64,000 nucleotides of DNA from Schmidtea polychroa (GCA_044892525.1 CM097885.1:36644001-36708000), one strand, 5' to 3'; shown: positions 13,261 through 28,089, counted from the stretch's first letter. Notes: generated from the letters alone by a model not told the origin. Made by a program: numbers and translations.

Positions 13261-13884
13261 AACAAGCAAAAGAGCAATGAACAGCTGGATAGTGTTTCCG
13301 CTTTATGAAAAAGCAGAAATATGTTAAAAGACCAAGTTTGGTCACAGAAAGTCTGTAAATTTACAAGCATAGTGTATAAAAATCATAATCACCTCTACTG
13401 ACTGAAAAAAGTTGATACACAGAAACTGTTTGCAAGAGCATTCAATCACCTTTAGCGTTTAATTTATAAAGTATAATTGAAAGCAAGCGATGTGATATAT
13501 ATACTTATAAAACAGTGTTGATTTAACTTTATTGCATGCTTTGCCTGATACACTGAATATCACATCGCTTGCTTTCAATTATACTTTATAAATTAAGCGC
13601 TAAAGGTGATTGGATGCTCTTGCAAACAGTTTCTGTGTATCAACCTTTTCAGTCAATAGAGGTGATTATGATTTTTATACACTATGCTTGTAAATTTACA
13701 GACTTTCTGTGACCAAACTTGGTCTTTTAACATATTTCTGCTTTTTCATAAAGCGGAAACACTATCCAGCTGTTCATTGCTCTTTTGCTTGTTGACAAAA
13801 GGTGTGAAGACAAATCTTCGCGTTTCCATCAGAGTAGTGATGAGACCCAAATGCTCGAAACTCGTCTACTATTGAGACTTGCAC
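13261..13884. mobile_element. fold-back repeat (family C): about 238-bp inverted arms plus hammerhead-bearing tail
   Basis: 13261-13498 is nearly the reverse complement of 13557-13793; hammerhead-like motif follows. Confidence 0.8.
13833..13870 (+). ncRNA. minimal type I hammerhead ribozyme, C3 mutated to G (probably inactive)
   Basis: agta-gTGATGA-gacccaaatgctc-GAAAC-tc-GTC-tact; stem I agta/tact. Confidence 0.55.
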
Positions 13885-14727
13885 TTGGTATTACAAAGTT
13901 TACGCTGTTTAATTAATGTTTGATTATAAATAAATAATATGTATCATATTATCACAATGTATCAGTAATGTTTTTATTATATTAGAATAAATTATTTAAT
14001 AAAATATATTTTTGTTATATTTTCAAACTTTTTATATAATATAAAATATTTAATTTTAATTTTAGAGTTAAGTATAAATTTTTAATCAGCTATATTTTAA
14101 AAATTAATTTTTTACAATTCATTAACGTTTGCTTGTTTTTCAACTACATAATTTTTTTGCAAGCTTTATTTTCCTAAAATACTCTTTCCTTACTGAATTA
14201 CGAAATGTCTGCATTATAAGAAATAGAGTTCCACCCTATAACACACCCATGAAAAATTCTGAAAATAATCAATATTATATAAATATATATTATTAATATT
14301 TGAAAAAATTATTATTTTCATTTAATTTCACATTGAATTTTTATTTAGTATTATTAGAATTAATTAAATATTAATTCCATTAATTGAAATTAATAATTAA
14401 ATTAATAGTTAAACTATAATTATTTTTATTTATTGATTACTATTGATTTAATACTATTGATTAAATAAAAAATAAAATAAATTCTGAATTTTATAATATT
14501 AAAGCTGAGCTAATTTATAATTTGATCAAGAAACCCAAGAATCTTGGTGGTTTCAAATCTAAAGAACAACAATAATTAATTTAATAGAACACTAATTTGA
14601 TAGAACTGAGACTCGATCTGTTTTGTACAAGAAACGCAATGACTAAAGTTTATTTTAGTTTGAATGTTTCATAATCATAGAAAATCGTTCTTGTTTGTTT
14701 CAGAATTTAAAAAAACTGTAAAAAAGA

Positions 14728-14796
<69 letters not shown>

Positions 14797-14819
14797 TTGG
14801 AATGTGTCTGATATTCTAA

Positions 14820-15250
14820 TATCTCTGTATTTGAGCTCGAGAGCATTATAAGCCGAAAGCATTGATTAGTATCAGTAAGCACGATAAGGGCTGTAAGATA
14901 AAAATAGGTATGTCTGACTATAACATTTTATTAAAAAATTGATTAATTATTGGAAACGAGTAATTTGTGAAGCGTTATTTATAAAGTCATTGGATTCGAA
15001 AATTAATGTGCAAAATGCAGTGAATACCTTTGTCCTAATGTTTTTAAATAGTTATTTATAAATTATATATGAATTGTTGTTGTTAAATTAAATAATTTTT
15101 TGATTTTCAATATATTTTTACCTTTTTTCAAAGATCTATAATTTCTATAGTTATTGTACCCTACCTGATGATGACGGGAAAACTGTCGAAATATATCGAG
15201 AAACACATCTTTCAGTGGTTCTTTCTTATAATTTAACCATTGCCATGTAT
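14820..15250 (+). mobile_element. degenerate PLE family A-related 3' fragment with hammerhead
   Basis: KIGMSDY...NYWKRVICEALFIKSLDSKIN; CATTGCCA near the end, as at about 2497; follows (TA)n. Confidence 0.8.
15160..15200 (+). ncRNA. minimal type I hammerhead ribozyme
   Basis: CTGATGA-t-gacgg gaaaa ctgtc-GAAA-tat-ATC; stem II differs in sequence from the 2412 copy but still pairs. Confidence 0.72.
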
Positions 15251-15971
15251 GTTTAACTGTTATGTATATTTAATATATATTTAGTTAATTCGAAACACAT
15301 AATTTCTAAATGAACCTGCTATAAATTTTGCAAAATATTAATTCCGAATTTTTTTGAAATAATGAAAAAGTTTACACATAAAAATTCTGGGTAAACATGG
15401 GTTAAATATAACGTTTTTAAAATATTTGGATATTATTAATTATTCAGTTTAATTAAATTATATAAATAATCAAATTAATTTCTATTTCATTAAAAGAGGG
15501 AATAAAATGTATTTTCTTTGAACAATTTTTTTTCATATTTGATTTCTCTTTGACAATAAAGTTTACATCTCATCTCAGTGAACATTTAATGATTCAATCA
15601 ACCGGAAACGTCTACTGTTACGAAATGATGTTATATACTTTATTCATTTTAACTGTTAAAATCATTGTCGTTTTAATCATAAAATGTTTTTATTTGAATA
15701 TTTTCATTCAGTCAAATAAGCAACTTGATTCTGTCGTAAAATATTTTATTTTTTGACAGTGATTTTGACTGTGAATTATTTTGGAATTTAAAAAAAAGAA
15801 AAAAAAAGAAAGAATATATAAAATTAAAGTAAATGATTTGAAATAAATTTGTAAATTTGTAATAATTGACTGAAAATTTTCCTGCAAAGGATTTTGTACA
15901 AAAACACTTGCATTAAATGGTTAATATTAAAATATAAAATGAAAATGTACGAAATAAATAAGTAAAATATA

Positions 15972-16207
15972 CTCCCACTGTCCAAAAATGATAGTCCAGT
16001 TGCATTTTAGCCTTTTTCCCAAAATGATTGTCAATAGAGAATATAAAAAATTGAACGGTTTTGTAAAACCTTCTACAGTAAAAACAAATTAAATAATTTT
16101 ATTTTATTGATTGAACAAATAACAAAACTGCATTTTAAGTATCACTGTTACATATAAAAGATTACGATATAAAGTCAAATTGGACTATCATTTTTGGACA
16201 GAGGGAG
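15972..16207. mobile_element. Stowaway-like Tc1/mariner MITE
   Basis: TIR CTCCC(A/T)CTGTCCAAAAATGATAGTCCA at both ends, flanked by TA. Confidence 0.88.
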
Positions 16208-16289
16208 TAATAATTAATTTTTTGATATTATATAAATTAAATAATTAACCAAATAAATGGATTAATTTTTTGCTTTCTCTTTTTCCATA

Positions 16290-16700
16290 ACCCTTCGTCT
16301 AAAGTTTCGTCCTTATTTCCCCCACACAACCTTAATAATTTTGAGTACATAATTTAACGATTCTGAATATTGTAACCTGATAGAATTCGTCCTTTTATCA
16401 ACTATTTTCCGTCTCATATTATTCTCTGCAGGTCTGGATGAATTCTTTCTTTTTTCGTAAATTTTCGCATAAACATTTTCAATAGAAGCACTTGCTTTGT
16501 CCTCAAGAACCACCATTTCTCCTGTAATGTTGTTCACATGTAGTTGCAGACATTTCACAGAGTTTTGAAAAGGATATTGATTCTCATAACAACATCTCCT
16601 TTCGCTCACTTTGTGTATTGGTACCAAACACCCCTGTACCTTTACAAAAGGTTTTTCTTCTGCCCAGAACTTTCTTCATTTTCTTGATACCCCATGAACA
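16290..16700 (-). mobile_element. possible degenerate transposase N-terminal remnant
   Basis: GC-richer island with a 104-aa basic ORF; no diagnostic motif, so the family is not assignable. Confidence 0.25.
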
Positions 16701-17769
16701 GTCAATTCAACTTTTAACAAGTATTTGTATAATTCCAATAGACGTTAGAATGTAGAAGGGTCAAAAGTTATTTTACTAAATTAGAACAAATAAATCAAAA
16801 ATACAAGTCTCATTCATTTTTTAAGAGTTAACCGAATTCACTAATTAAACTGATTTATTTTTAAAACAAATAACCGTTTGTTTCTGCCATCAGAAAACTT
16901 TACCAAAGAGGTTATGATAAAAAATTTCAATAAAATTTACAATAAATTCTTATTTCTTTTTTACAAAATTTACATTTAACTTTTTCATTCAGGATTGACG
17001 AAAATTATTTTTTTTTATTTCCAAGAAATATCAAAAACAATTAAAATATTTTATTTCCCATTATTATTAGAAATTGTAAAATTTCAGATCTGTATAAATC
17101 AAAGAAGTTTATACATGAAATCGGCGACAATTAGATACAGTCACTAATAAAATTACAAAAAAATTCTGAAATTGAATTTCAATTGAAAGATGACAAAAAT
17201 TCGGAATAAATTTATTTTGATTAAAGATTCTAATGAAATTAAACGAGAAATATTTTAATTACCATTTTCAAATCCACACCAGCGACAATCTCTATGGGAA
17301 ACCGTTTCCTAATCGGCATTTGATTCGGTAAAACTAGAATTAGCTGTTGTTAATTTCGAACCGATCCGTCTTTTTTTGTTGAATTTTTAGGACAGATTAA
17401 AAATTAAATCTGATTATATTCAGAAATAATTATAAGTGCTCTTGGCAAATGAAAAGATTATATTTCTTTCTTTGAAATAAAAAAAATATCTCATTTGAGA
17501 GATTAAAATTAGATTAGATTTATTTTAAAAATAAATTTTCCATTCACTTATCGATGGACATTTAAAAACAGGAAGAAAAATAAATTACCAAGTAAAATAA
17601 CTGGAAAAAACTCTCTAAATTGATGGGTTTTTCTTAACAATTTCCATTTCGTAAAACTGCACACTTTTTCAGTGACATTAAAATGTGAAAAAATTGTAAA
17701 ATTAGAACGAAAAATTACTGCAAGTTTAAAAAATTAAAACAAAAAAAAATCAGTCTCGTAAATATATTG

Positions 17770-17882
<113 letters not shown>

Positions 17883-17888
17883 TATAAT

Positions 17889-17954
<66 letters not shown>

Positions 17955-18074
17955 TATAATAATAATAATTTTTTAAAAAATATGTCTATAAATGATCATT
18001 TAAATTTGTCGGGAATTTCATTGACATTGAACATAATTTTTTTGGATAATTCTGTTTTATTTCATTTGATTCAG

Positions 18075-18265
18075 GAACGCAGCCATCACATTCAAAAACT
18101 GGGTTGCAGTACATACTGATGTATCTGGATGACAGACAATTGGGCATTCGAATCAAACACGACAAACTCCCAGAGTCCACATTCAAAGTCACTTGTGTCA
18201 GTATCTATTCAACCTGTACCGACAATCGTTGGCATACAATTTCGGTTTCCCGGAAAAAAACCTCT
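18075..18265 (+). CDS. nrxn: alpha-neurexin exon, LNS2 middle
   Basis: ttcag| ... |gtaaga; in frame with previous exon; GTQPSHSKTGLQYILMYLDDRQLGIRIKH...TDNRWHTISVSRKKTS contains the LamG DxxWHxVxVxR motif. Confidence 0.88.
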
Positions 18266-19832
18266 GTAAGATTGAAATTTTTGTTGGCGCCGCCTAACAA
18301 TTTATTCTTTATACAGCCGTCAAATTATAGTTAATTGAAATTATTTTTTTTCTTTTGAGTAAAATCCATTAAAAAATATAAATTAATAAAAATGTTTATT
18401 TATTTGCAATAAATTTTAATTCCAAAATTGATAAGACAAAAAATATCGTACTCAGATTCTTGATTTTATTTATCATGTCTATTTCTTGTTATTTCGAGTT
18501 TGTATTAAATAAACCTTATTTAATATAGCATAATATTCAGGTTTTTGTTTTTTCCTCAATTTTAAAATCTCATTCTATCTTTGTGTCGCAAAATTGGTAT
18601 ATATATATATATATATAAAATTAATATATTAAATTTAATTATACTATTAATAAATAAAATAAATATTTCAACTACGTTATTCATTTACATGTTTTAAAAA
18701 AATATTTATTTTCCATCAAAAGTTTATTACTCATTAAATTCTTTTGTTTTATTTTCAAAATGATCTTTTATTTATAATCTGTAACAGTAAGCTACAAATT
18801 ATTTCCACTTAAAAATTTCTTTTTGAAATAGGAAATTTATTTAAAAAATTGAAAATTTTAAAATATGATAAAAAATTCTTTTATAAACTAAATTCTTAAA
18901 ATAAATTCTTTAAAAAAATTAAATTTATTCAGAATGAAAATTATAATTAGAAAATAATTTTCCAAATAATTTACACTTTTAGATAAATAAATATGTACAT
19001 CAATTTATTTTCTTGCTACATTCTTTTCTTATTCAAAGATTTGATAGAAAGTGAATATTATGTAATTTTTTATTTATTTTTCTCTATACTAAATCTTAGT
19101 TGGAATTTCATTTTTTCTTAAATTTGACATAGAATTTTATGTATGTTATTCTTTGGTTAATTTATCTCTTAAAATTTATAATTAAAAAATAAATTTAATT
19201 AATTAATTTTCATTTTTAGATACATTTTCAAGTGCCTTTTGAAAAGGCAAATTAAATTTATAATTTACAAATCAGCACGATATGTCTTAATTTAAAAATT
19301 ACACTTTTGTGATCAATAAGTCCCCCCCTCCCACCATATCCATTATAAAATGGTTTACTTAATAAAATTAATAATGTATTTCTTATGTCATTTCAAAAAA
19401 ATACTTTCAAGCATTTTGCACTGGAAAACTTAGGTAATCATTAATTAAGAAAATTCAATTAAAATTATTAAAATAAAACAGAAGAGAATTTTACATCTAA
19501 AAATAATATTCTCTCAAGTCAATATCATTGTATCATTGTTTTATTCTTATGAAAAATTTAGCAAATTTTGTCTGCACAATTCCAGAAAGGGTAGAAAAAT
19601 TAATGAAACATACAAGCACGGGGTGTGTAATTTCTATAATAAATAAAACAAGTAACCAATAAATTTTAAATTTTGATATTTGCTTATATAATCAAAGAAT
19701 GAAGGCAATTTTTATAATAGTAAATCGCCAGCTTTTTTCTAATTACATAAAAGTTACTTTAATTTTATAAAAGCACAAATAATTTTAACATTCTCATACA
19801 CAAAATAATTACTCAAACTCTTCGACAAGATC

Positions 19833-20200
19833 TTAAAATCAGAAATACTTATTTTTTTACTGATACACTTCCTAAAATGATTACTAATGTTGGTCAATCA
19901 ATTCCGTCGGCAATGCTCAAGAACTCGAGTGCAGAGATGTCGGGAAGTCTCTCCAGTGTATGTGGCATTACCCCTCTTACATGAAAATTGATACACGAGT
20001 TCTGAACACAGACCAACTGAATTTGGAGACTTATTAGTGAACATACTACCAATCTTGCAAGAAGATGAAATAATCCTAAATATAGTCTTATCTACATGTT
20101 TAAGGATCTTATGCTTGAATTCTCTGAAACCTTCAGAATAAGGTAATACCAACACATATTTTTTATCAGTGTGCTTAGATCTGATTTTTTCACCTCCCGA
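19833..20200 (-). mobile_element. PLE family A GIY-YIG fragment
   Basis: KYVLVLPYSEGFREFKHKILKHVDK...GLCSELVYQFSCKRGNATYTGETSRHLCTRVLEH, closely matching the ORF at 1700-2000. Confidence 0.88.
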
Positions 20201-20658
20201 ACTTGACAACATATTAACTTCAACATCAATAATATATTTAAAAATTAAAAATAACTTACATTTTTTTGACATAATTTTGATATTAAAATTCACATAAATG
20301 ATTTAAAATGTGAAATTAGTATAATTTCTTATAAAATCTTGATAATAATTTGTGGGAAGTTATAACTCTTTTTTATTTGTATGCGTATCTTGCCAACATA
20401 CTCAACATAATCTTTATTAAATGGAACGCGGGATATTTGTTCTCTTATTCAGGGCGTTATTTTGTCAGAGACCATTGTCTGTATATATTTATTTTTCATA
20501 TATTTCTACTGTCAGATCTAATAAAATATCAACAAATAAAAAAATTTCCTTAAATCACTATTTTCTATAAATAAATCATTTTTTTAATAATTGTTTCGAC
20601 TCATTAACAATACATCAAATTGTCAATTCGATTGGTTACGTGGATTGTGTTTTTGTGT

Positions 20659-20786
20659 CAGTTGTGTGTGTTTTGGTTTGTCCTTCGTTTGTGTGTGTGG
20701 TTGGTGATGATTGGGTTTTGAATTCGGTTGTGTGTGCTTTGGTTTGTCGTTTGTGTGTATGGTTGTTGATGATTGGGTTTTGAATT
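20659..20786 (+). repeat. GT-rich direct tandem duplication of about 62-65 nt
   Basis: GTTGTGTGTG.TTTGGTTTGTC...GATGATTGGGTTTTGAATT occurs twice. Confidence 0.8.
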
Positions 20787-22167
20787 TTTAATTGAACTTT
20801 CTTGAAAATTGTTACGTGTTTATTTTTTGTTATTTTGGTTTGTGAACTTTTTATGATGACTTAATGAATTTTGAATTGAAAGAATATCCTAGCAAATTCT
20901 TAAAATGTTTTGGAATTCCTGTGGAAGTTATAATCAACAGAATAAATGATTTTGTAATTTTAGAAATATTTTTCATAGTTTGATTTTGTTTCAATAATTA
21001 TTTAGCTAGTGAAAAATCACTTAATTTATCTCATTCTTGCTACTCTTAATTATTGTCTCTGAATTGTCTTATAACCTTGGTTTCATTCCAACAATGCTTT
21101 GAACAAATTTGGAACTATTAACTGATATACTTGATGTTATTGCAAACCAAAGACAAATTTTTAAATGACATGTTTTTAATGGTATGTTTTTGCCAAGAGA
21201 ATCTCTGAAATTTATATTGTTTTTATTAGATGCTCATCCCCTGGAATTGATATTGTTCAAGTCTAAAGTTCATACTTTGATTGTGTTTTCGGTTTAAATT
21301 CATTAAATAAATATTTCTACCTAATATTGTTTTTTTTAAATTATTTTTAAAATATATTTTTTATTCAACTATATTATATATAATAATGTAAAAAAAGAAA
21401 AAAAATTAAAAGATATTACAAATCACAAAACAAAATAGAAAATTATTTAAAATACTTTTTCAAAATCAAACTGGGACGTCAATTACTCTTGACAAAGTTG
21501 ACTAGGGTTTAAACAAAACTACTTGAATAATTAAAAAAATATTTACATTGTTTTTTATGAATGTTTTAAAAGTGTAACAAGTCAAGATTTTAATATAACA
21601 ATAAATATATTTTATTTTAAATACGTTATAACTAATAATTGAATATGATTATTTATAGCTGTCTGAAAATACCTACTGACAGAGACATTGAATTAATAAT
21701 GAATAATTACCGGAGCTGTCAAAGGTTTTCATTGACTCCCAGTTTCCGATTGAGATTTATAACATTTGTTGATTTATTCAATATATAATTCACATTAATG
21801 AAGTTAATTGTGAGTCCCGTCAACACTTGGAAAGTTAACAATTTATTTGCAAATCAAATTTAAATTTAAAAGAATCGAGACCCGTAAGGCATTTGTACTA
21901 CTACGTCTATTAACTTTTGTCTTTGACTATTTCGATACTTTCAGAACTAGAATTAAATTTATATTTTCTAAAAATGAATTCACCATTTAGTTCACTTTTT
22001 ATTTTTATATGTTTCATTTTTGCAGACGGAACAATCAAACTAGTATTATGGAAAAAATATTCATATAAATACAATTGTAAAATATAATTAAATAACATGA
22101 AATCTTTGTCGGATAACTAACTTTTTGTTAAAATAAGGTGCGTTGTATAAAGTGAAATGCTCTTTAG

Positions 22168-22588
22168 CAGCGTTTCTCAACCGCTGGTCCGCGACCCAAT
22201 ATTGGGCCGTGAAAAAATAAAATTGGTCCGCATACAAAGAATACCGTATTTTTCGGACCATAAGGCGCACACATTAAATTATTTTTCTGTCACTTTCTCA
22301 ATTCCTATATAAAAACTTTTAACTTTCGGAACATTAAATTTATACACACAGGTAAGTTTGTGTGTTCCTATACTATAATTTTATCGATTTTATTTAGATT
22401 ATAGAAACTTTATATTTCGGATTTAGGTGAAATATCGGTTCTAGGTCACAAAACCAGAAAGCACAACAATACATTAGGCGCACTGACGATTTTTGAGAAA
22501 ATGAAAGAATTTTAAGTGCTCCTTATGGTCCAAAACATAAGGTAAATAGATTTTGGGTCAGCAGTACGTTTTGCTTTAAGTAACACTG
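22168..22588. mobile_element. hAT (Charlie-like) MITE interrupted by a pogo-type MITE
   Basis: termini CAGCGTTTCTCAA / TTAAGTAACACTG; TSD CTCTTTAG vs CTCTATAG. Confidence 0.75.
22244..22542. mobile_element. pogo/Tigger-type MITE (nested)
   Basis: TIR CCGTATTTTTCGGACCATAAGGCGCAC / GTGCTCCTTATGGTCCAAAACATAAGG, flanked by TA. Confidence 0.8.
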
Positions 22589-25500
22589 CTCTATAGTGTA
22601 CCTTTTTAATAAGTGTGACTTTTATTGTATTAAAGTACTGTTGAAATGAATAGTTTCCAAACATTTTAAAGTCATCTCAAATATTAAAATATATTTCTTT
22701 TGAATTCTCTATAGAACGATATGATATATAAATTTTCCATGGGGTCAGAAAGTTTTCATTGGTTGTGATACAAATAATAAATAAAATATTAAATATACCC
22801 CATCAGGGGAGAAAGAATCTTAAATTGAAAAAAAAACCGAATATTATGTACATCAATTTTTTACTGTATTTTCTGTATTTTCCAGTGCTTATTATCAGTT
22901 GTGAATAATAGATTTTAGAGGTTACTAAAAATATATTTATTACCTGGCTAACCCCTTCAATGGCCTTCACCAAATTACTAATGTAGTTTTGTAATAACAA
23001 TCGCTATTTATACAGTTCTCAATTGTTAGTTAAAATGGTTCATTTTAAATTTGTCATTTTGAAATATTTTAAAGTTTAAAATTTAAACAAAAGTAAAATA
23101 AATAATTTTTATTAATATTAATAATAATTTTTAAATGCCAGAATTTTGTGAAAGAAATTATGCAAATTTAAAAACATTTGTTTTTACTTAAAACATTATC
23201 AGTTGTGACAATATTGTCAAAATTGTAATTATAGTGAGATTCTGAATTAATACTTTGAAAAGGATTGTATTGCATTATTCAATGTATAATCAAAATATAT
23301 AAATAAATAGTTAATTTCTTTATTACTAAAAAGTTATTGAAAAAATATGGCTAATCCCTAAAATTATTCAACTATAATAAATTTTGACATTTTTTCACTT
23401 GAGTTATTCAAAATTCCAATTTATTAGTAAATTTTGTTTAAATTAAAACGATTTAAAATTTTCGGTTTTTTTCATTCCATTGAGAACTGTTTTTATTTTT
23501 AAACTCACTGAAAACTTGTAAAATGTCAGACTAATAAATTAATTGATTCAGCATTTATTATAAAATTAATTATTTTTATGTAATGAATTTTTAATACTAC
23601 ATACAAAAAGTTATTGATGATGAAAAGCGTGAAAAAATATTCATCTCTAATTATAATGAATTAAAATTTTTTAATAATAAATTACTTTTAATTTTTAGGA
23701 GAAAAATTCTTCTGGACAGTTAGTTGTAAGTGAAAAATCATTAATTAGCTTGGGCATTAGTTGAAGTGCGGACTTTTTCTATTTTATAAATTAAGTTTTT
23801 TTTGCAGTTGATTTTATGGCATTGTTTTAGTTAGATTTTGTTCTGACATGGATAGAATTAGAGATTGAATTTGATTCATACAATTTGTTTTAATGTAGTA
23901 CTCCTGGCACGTTTGATTTGATTTGAAAAAAAATTGAAATTAGATTAAATTATAATTGTAGATTATAATAATCAGTTACTTAGCTTATTAAAACAATTTT
24001 CTCGCTTTTTTAAGTGTGCTTTATAATAAATAAGGTTTTTTATTTTCCTAATGGTATCGGTTTGTTTTTTATTATTTGTTATTATTTAATGATAATTATG
24101 AAATATTTTATAGATTCATAGTCAATCTTTTAAAATCAATATAATGAAAAGAAAACAGAGGTGAAAATCAAACGAAGTTCTTATATATAATATAATATAT
24201 AATATAATATATAATATAATATATAATATAATATATAATATAATATATAATATAATATATTTTTAAAGATTTATAACATTAAAATGGTTTTAAATTTTAA
24301 AATATAAGACACATTCAAATTTTCAGATTCACAAATTCATAACAATATTAAATAAATAAAATTAAAAGTAATTCAATTAGTGACGATAAAATACATATAT
24401 ACAACTTATATTAATTAAGTTTTATAATTTTATTAATTAGATTAATTAAATATTTCGAGTTAATCAATATTTTATAACACAATATTGTGAATAATTATAT
24501 GTAATTATAAATATATGAATGAAATGTATTTTATTTATTTTATTTTATTTTTTTTATCATTAATATTTATTATATTTATTATATAATGTTAATTTATTTA
24601 TATTGGGAGATTAATAAAAATTTATACAAAATATCCTTAAAATTGATGCAAGAAAGTAACTTTCGAAAAATTATATTGCCAATTGTCCTTAAAATATTTG
24701 AAAAGCATTTTAAAGAGAAAAGAAACTGATTGACGTATTGTTTATAAATATCATTAGGAAATTTTATTGCCCTAAGACGCTTCTGTAGAGGTTATCAACT
24801 ATCATCAATTGTAAGTCACAAATATATTCAATAATGCACAATAAATTAATTATTAAAAAGATAAAAAGGGAAATCAATTTGTTTTATTAGAAATTAAATT
24901 ATTAATAAATGCTGTCAATTTCATCTGGAATTCAGTAACTAATAATACAGTAAAATTTGGCATATGATTTGTTTATTGAATATAATTAGAAATTAATCAA
25001 AGATATTATTATGTGAGGTTTATAAAAATTTTAGAAAAAAAATTTAATAATTATATGAGATTTTACATTCGCAAGGATCAAAAAAAACGCTATGATTAGT
25101 TAAATTTGACTGAATTCACTTTTGCAAACAATTAAAGCGTCGTAAAGAAATTTATTTGAGGAAAATATTTGTAAGAAAAACAGAATATAAACTAAAGAAA
25201 ATCATTTGTGATCGGTACTCCGATCAGTTTCTATCTTGATATAGCTGAGTCTTGGTTTAAAACAAAAAAAGACTTTTACAAAGATTTAGTAAAATATTTC
25301 TGTCATTAATATTTTCAGAATTATAATTGTCTTCTTGGAAATATATATTACTTTTCAGTAAGAGTATCATTGTACCATCTTTAAAGGGTTTCACTTGTAT
25401 GTATGCATATTATTTATAAAGTATTCATAAAAAATCTATAGGTTTTGTAGATTTATATTCCTTTGTATTTAACAATTATACATTCTGCAAACAACTCTTG

Positions 25501-25867
25501 CAAAGGAAAACTCATTAATAATTTCATTTTATGGGCCTTAAATTTTTAGAGCTATTTTCAACAAACATCAACAATATTTTTTTATTTTTATATTTCATTT
25601 AAACTTGCATTCAGCATTGGTGAATTATTCACCAAATCGGCTCCTTCATTATGCAAAATTGAAATATATTTAATAGATTTTCTAAAACTCATTTAAATAA
25701 TTAAATTTACAACAAAACAAGTCTGAGAGCAAGCATAAAATGACATGAATTAAATTTTTAATAGATCTAATTTTTGTCTGATTTGGAGTTATGACATGTT
25801 TTACTTGCATTATTAATTTACCAAAAAGAAACTCTTTGGGAGAAAATTATTTGATTAAATGATTTAC

Positions 25868-25968
<101 letters not shown>

Positions 25969-25976
25969 TTAATAAT

Positions 25977-26087
<111 letters not shown>

Positions 26088-26576
26088 AAGAAGAAGAATA
26101 CTAATAATAATAATAATATTAATAATAACATTTAATTGTAATAATAATACTATTATTATTCTCATTATTATTATTATTACTATTAAATATATTTTCATTA
26201 TTTTACAATTAATGCAAGATATTTGAAAAATAATTTTAAACAAATGAGCAACTATTTTCAATATAGAATAATAAATTTTATTGCCGAATAATGTTACTTA
26301 TTCTATCATAAAAACGTATAAAAATCAAAACTAGAGTTTGGTCGGTTTACTGCTATTTGACAGTTTATGTAATATATTATATTTAAGTGCTGAATTAATA
26401 TAGTTTTATTATCTAATCACGTTTTCTTATTTATATAATAATTTTTGAGAGGAAATAATTTGTAAATATTTGAATTTTTCCTATTTTTAAAATTGATTCA
26501 ATAATATAATATAACAAAAATCAAATTTATTTAAATATTTTTTCCTAACATAATGACACAATTTAAAGGTTTAAAT

Positions 26577-27022
26577 TAGGGGAGGCCAAACTGTGGCTCG
26601 CGAGCCACATGTGGCTCTTTGAAGGTTTATTTGCGGCTCCTGATAAATGTACTTGATTCACTTTTTATTTTTCCATTATATTTAAGAATTATTGTCATTG
26701 AGTATGTGCCTCAAAATGTCTTAAATTACTCATCACAAATATAAAGAATAAATGCAACGTTGTAACAAATTTTATTTTCGTCCAAGATGAAATTTAAAAG
26801 AAATATCAAAAGAAACAAAATAAATGAGTTTAAATGAGTTTAAGATTTTAATCCAATTCACATGTTTTGTACTATTATTTATATTTTTTCTAAAAATGTA
26901 ATTCTTATAAAAAGATTTTATTATTTTTTTGCATATCTTTTGAATACGTATATTTTGCGGCTCGCCAAACATTTTGAATTTCAAAAAATGGCTCGAGCTA
27001 TTGAGGAGCTTGACCACCCCTG
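26577..27022. mobile_element. hAT (Charlie/Buster-like) MITE
   Basis: termini TAGGGGAGGCCAA / TTGACCACCCCTG; perfect 8-bp TSD GTTTAAAT; subterminal GGCTC repeats. Confidence 0.9.
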
Positions 27023-28089
27023 GTTTAAATAGTTTACTTGCTATATAAAAGAATTTTCAATTGAATATTTATGGTAATTTTTCTTTCCTCTTTTATTTTT
27101 TAATCACTTGTCTTCGTTTACTGGCATTAAATACATATTTCCCACATATTTTACATGGCAATGTATCTACATTGGCATAGTCAACTTCTTTTCTGAATTT
27201 CATCTTTATGAAATGTGGTGATTTTTGAATTTAGTTTTACTGAAAATGTTTTTCCGCACTGAAATTACTGCAGTAACTCTTACAAATCAATTTAAAATTT
27301 TTACGATGAAACCGCTTAGAAAATGTTTTAAGAATTTAAAAATTTATAAAAAATATTTTTCTAATTAAATATCTATTTATATAAATTTTAAAAATGAGTT
27401 GTATAATTGAAAATATTAATACTTGTAAAATTTCATTTCCTTTTGAATTATAATCTCTGCAAAATCTAATATTAGAATAAAGTAAATGAATAAAGTAAAT
27501 AAAAATAAATTTTGTTTATTTGAATTAAAATAAATGAATTAGATAATTAATTAAATTTTCCAGATGAAATTAACCAATCTTTATTAAATTTAATTATTCA
27601 TAAAATCCTGTACAAACTGAAGTTAAAAATATTAAAAGTCATAAAAATAAAATAACATCTTTATTTGAGAGTTAAGTAAAACATTTTGTGACTGAATAAA
27701 CTCAGAAATATTTATCAGAATGTAATTAATAGCAATGAAAACAACATAAATTCATTTAACATTTTGTTTCTTCTTATTTTCCATAATAGCACTACATATT
27801 GGATAACCTTTTATGCTAAATAATAAATAACATTTATAACTAATGAATAGATTAATATTAATATTAATTATATTTTTCATGTTAAAAAGATTAAATCATT
27901 TTTAAAAGAGTAAGAGCCTGAAAGAAACAGATTTATAATCTATTCCCAACGTAACGTAATTAACTACTAATGTTTATACGCAAAACCCTTTTCTCGAAAT
28001 TCATTTAAAGAAAATCATAATAAATACATGACGAGTTGATTTGATTTTCTGCGGTCGGATAAATTTCAATTTTCAATGTGAAATTAAAT

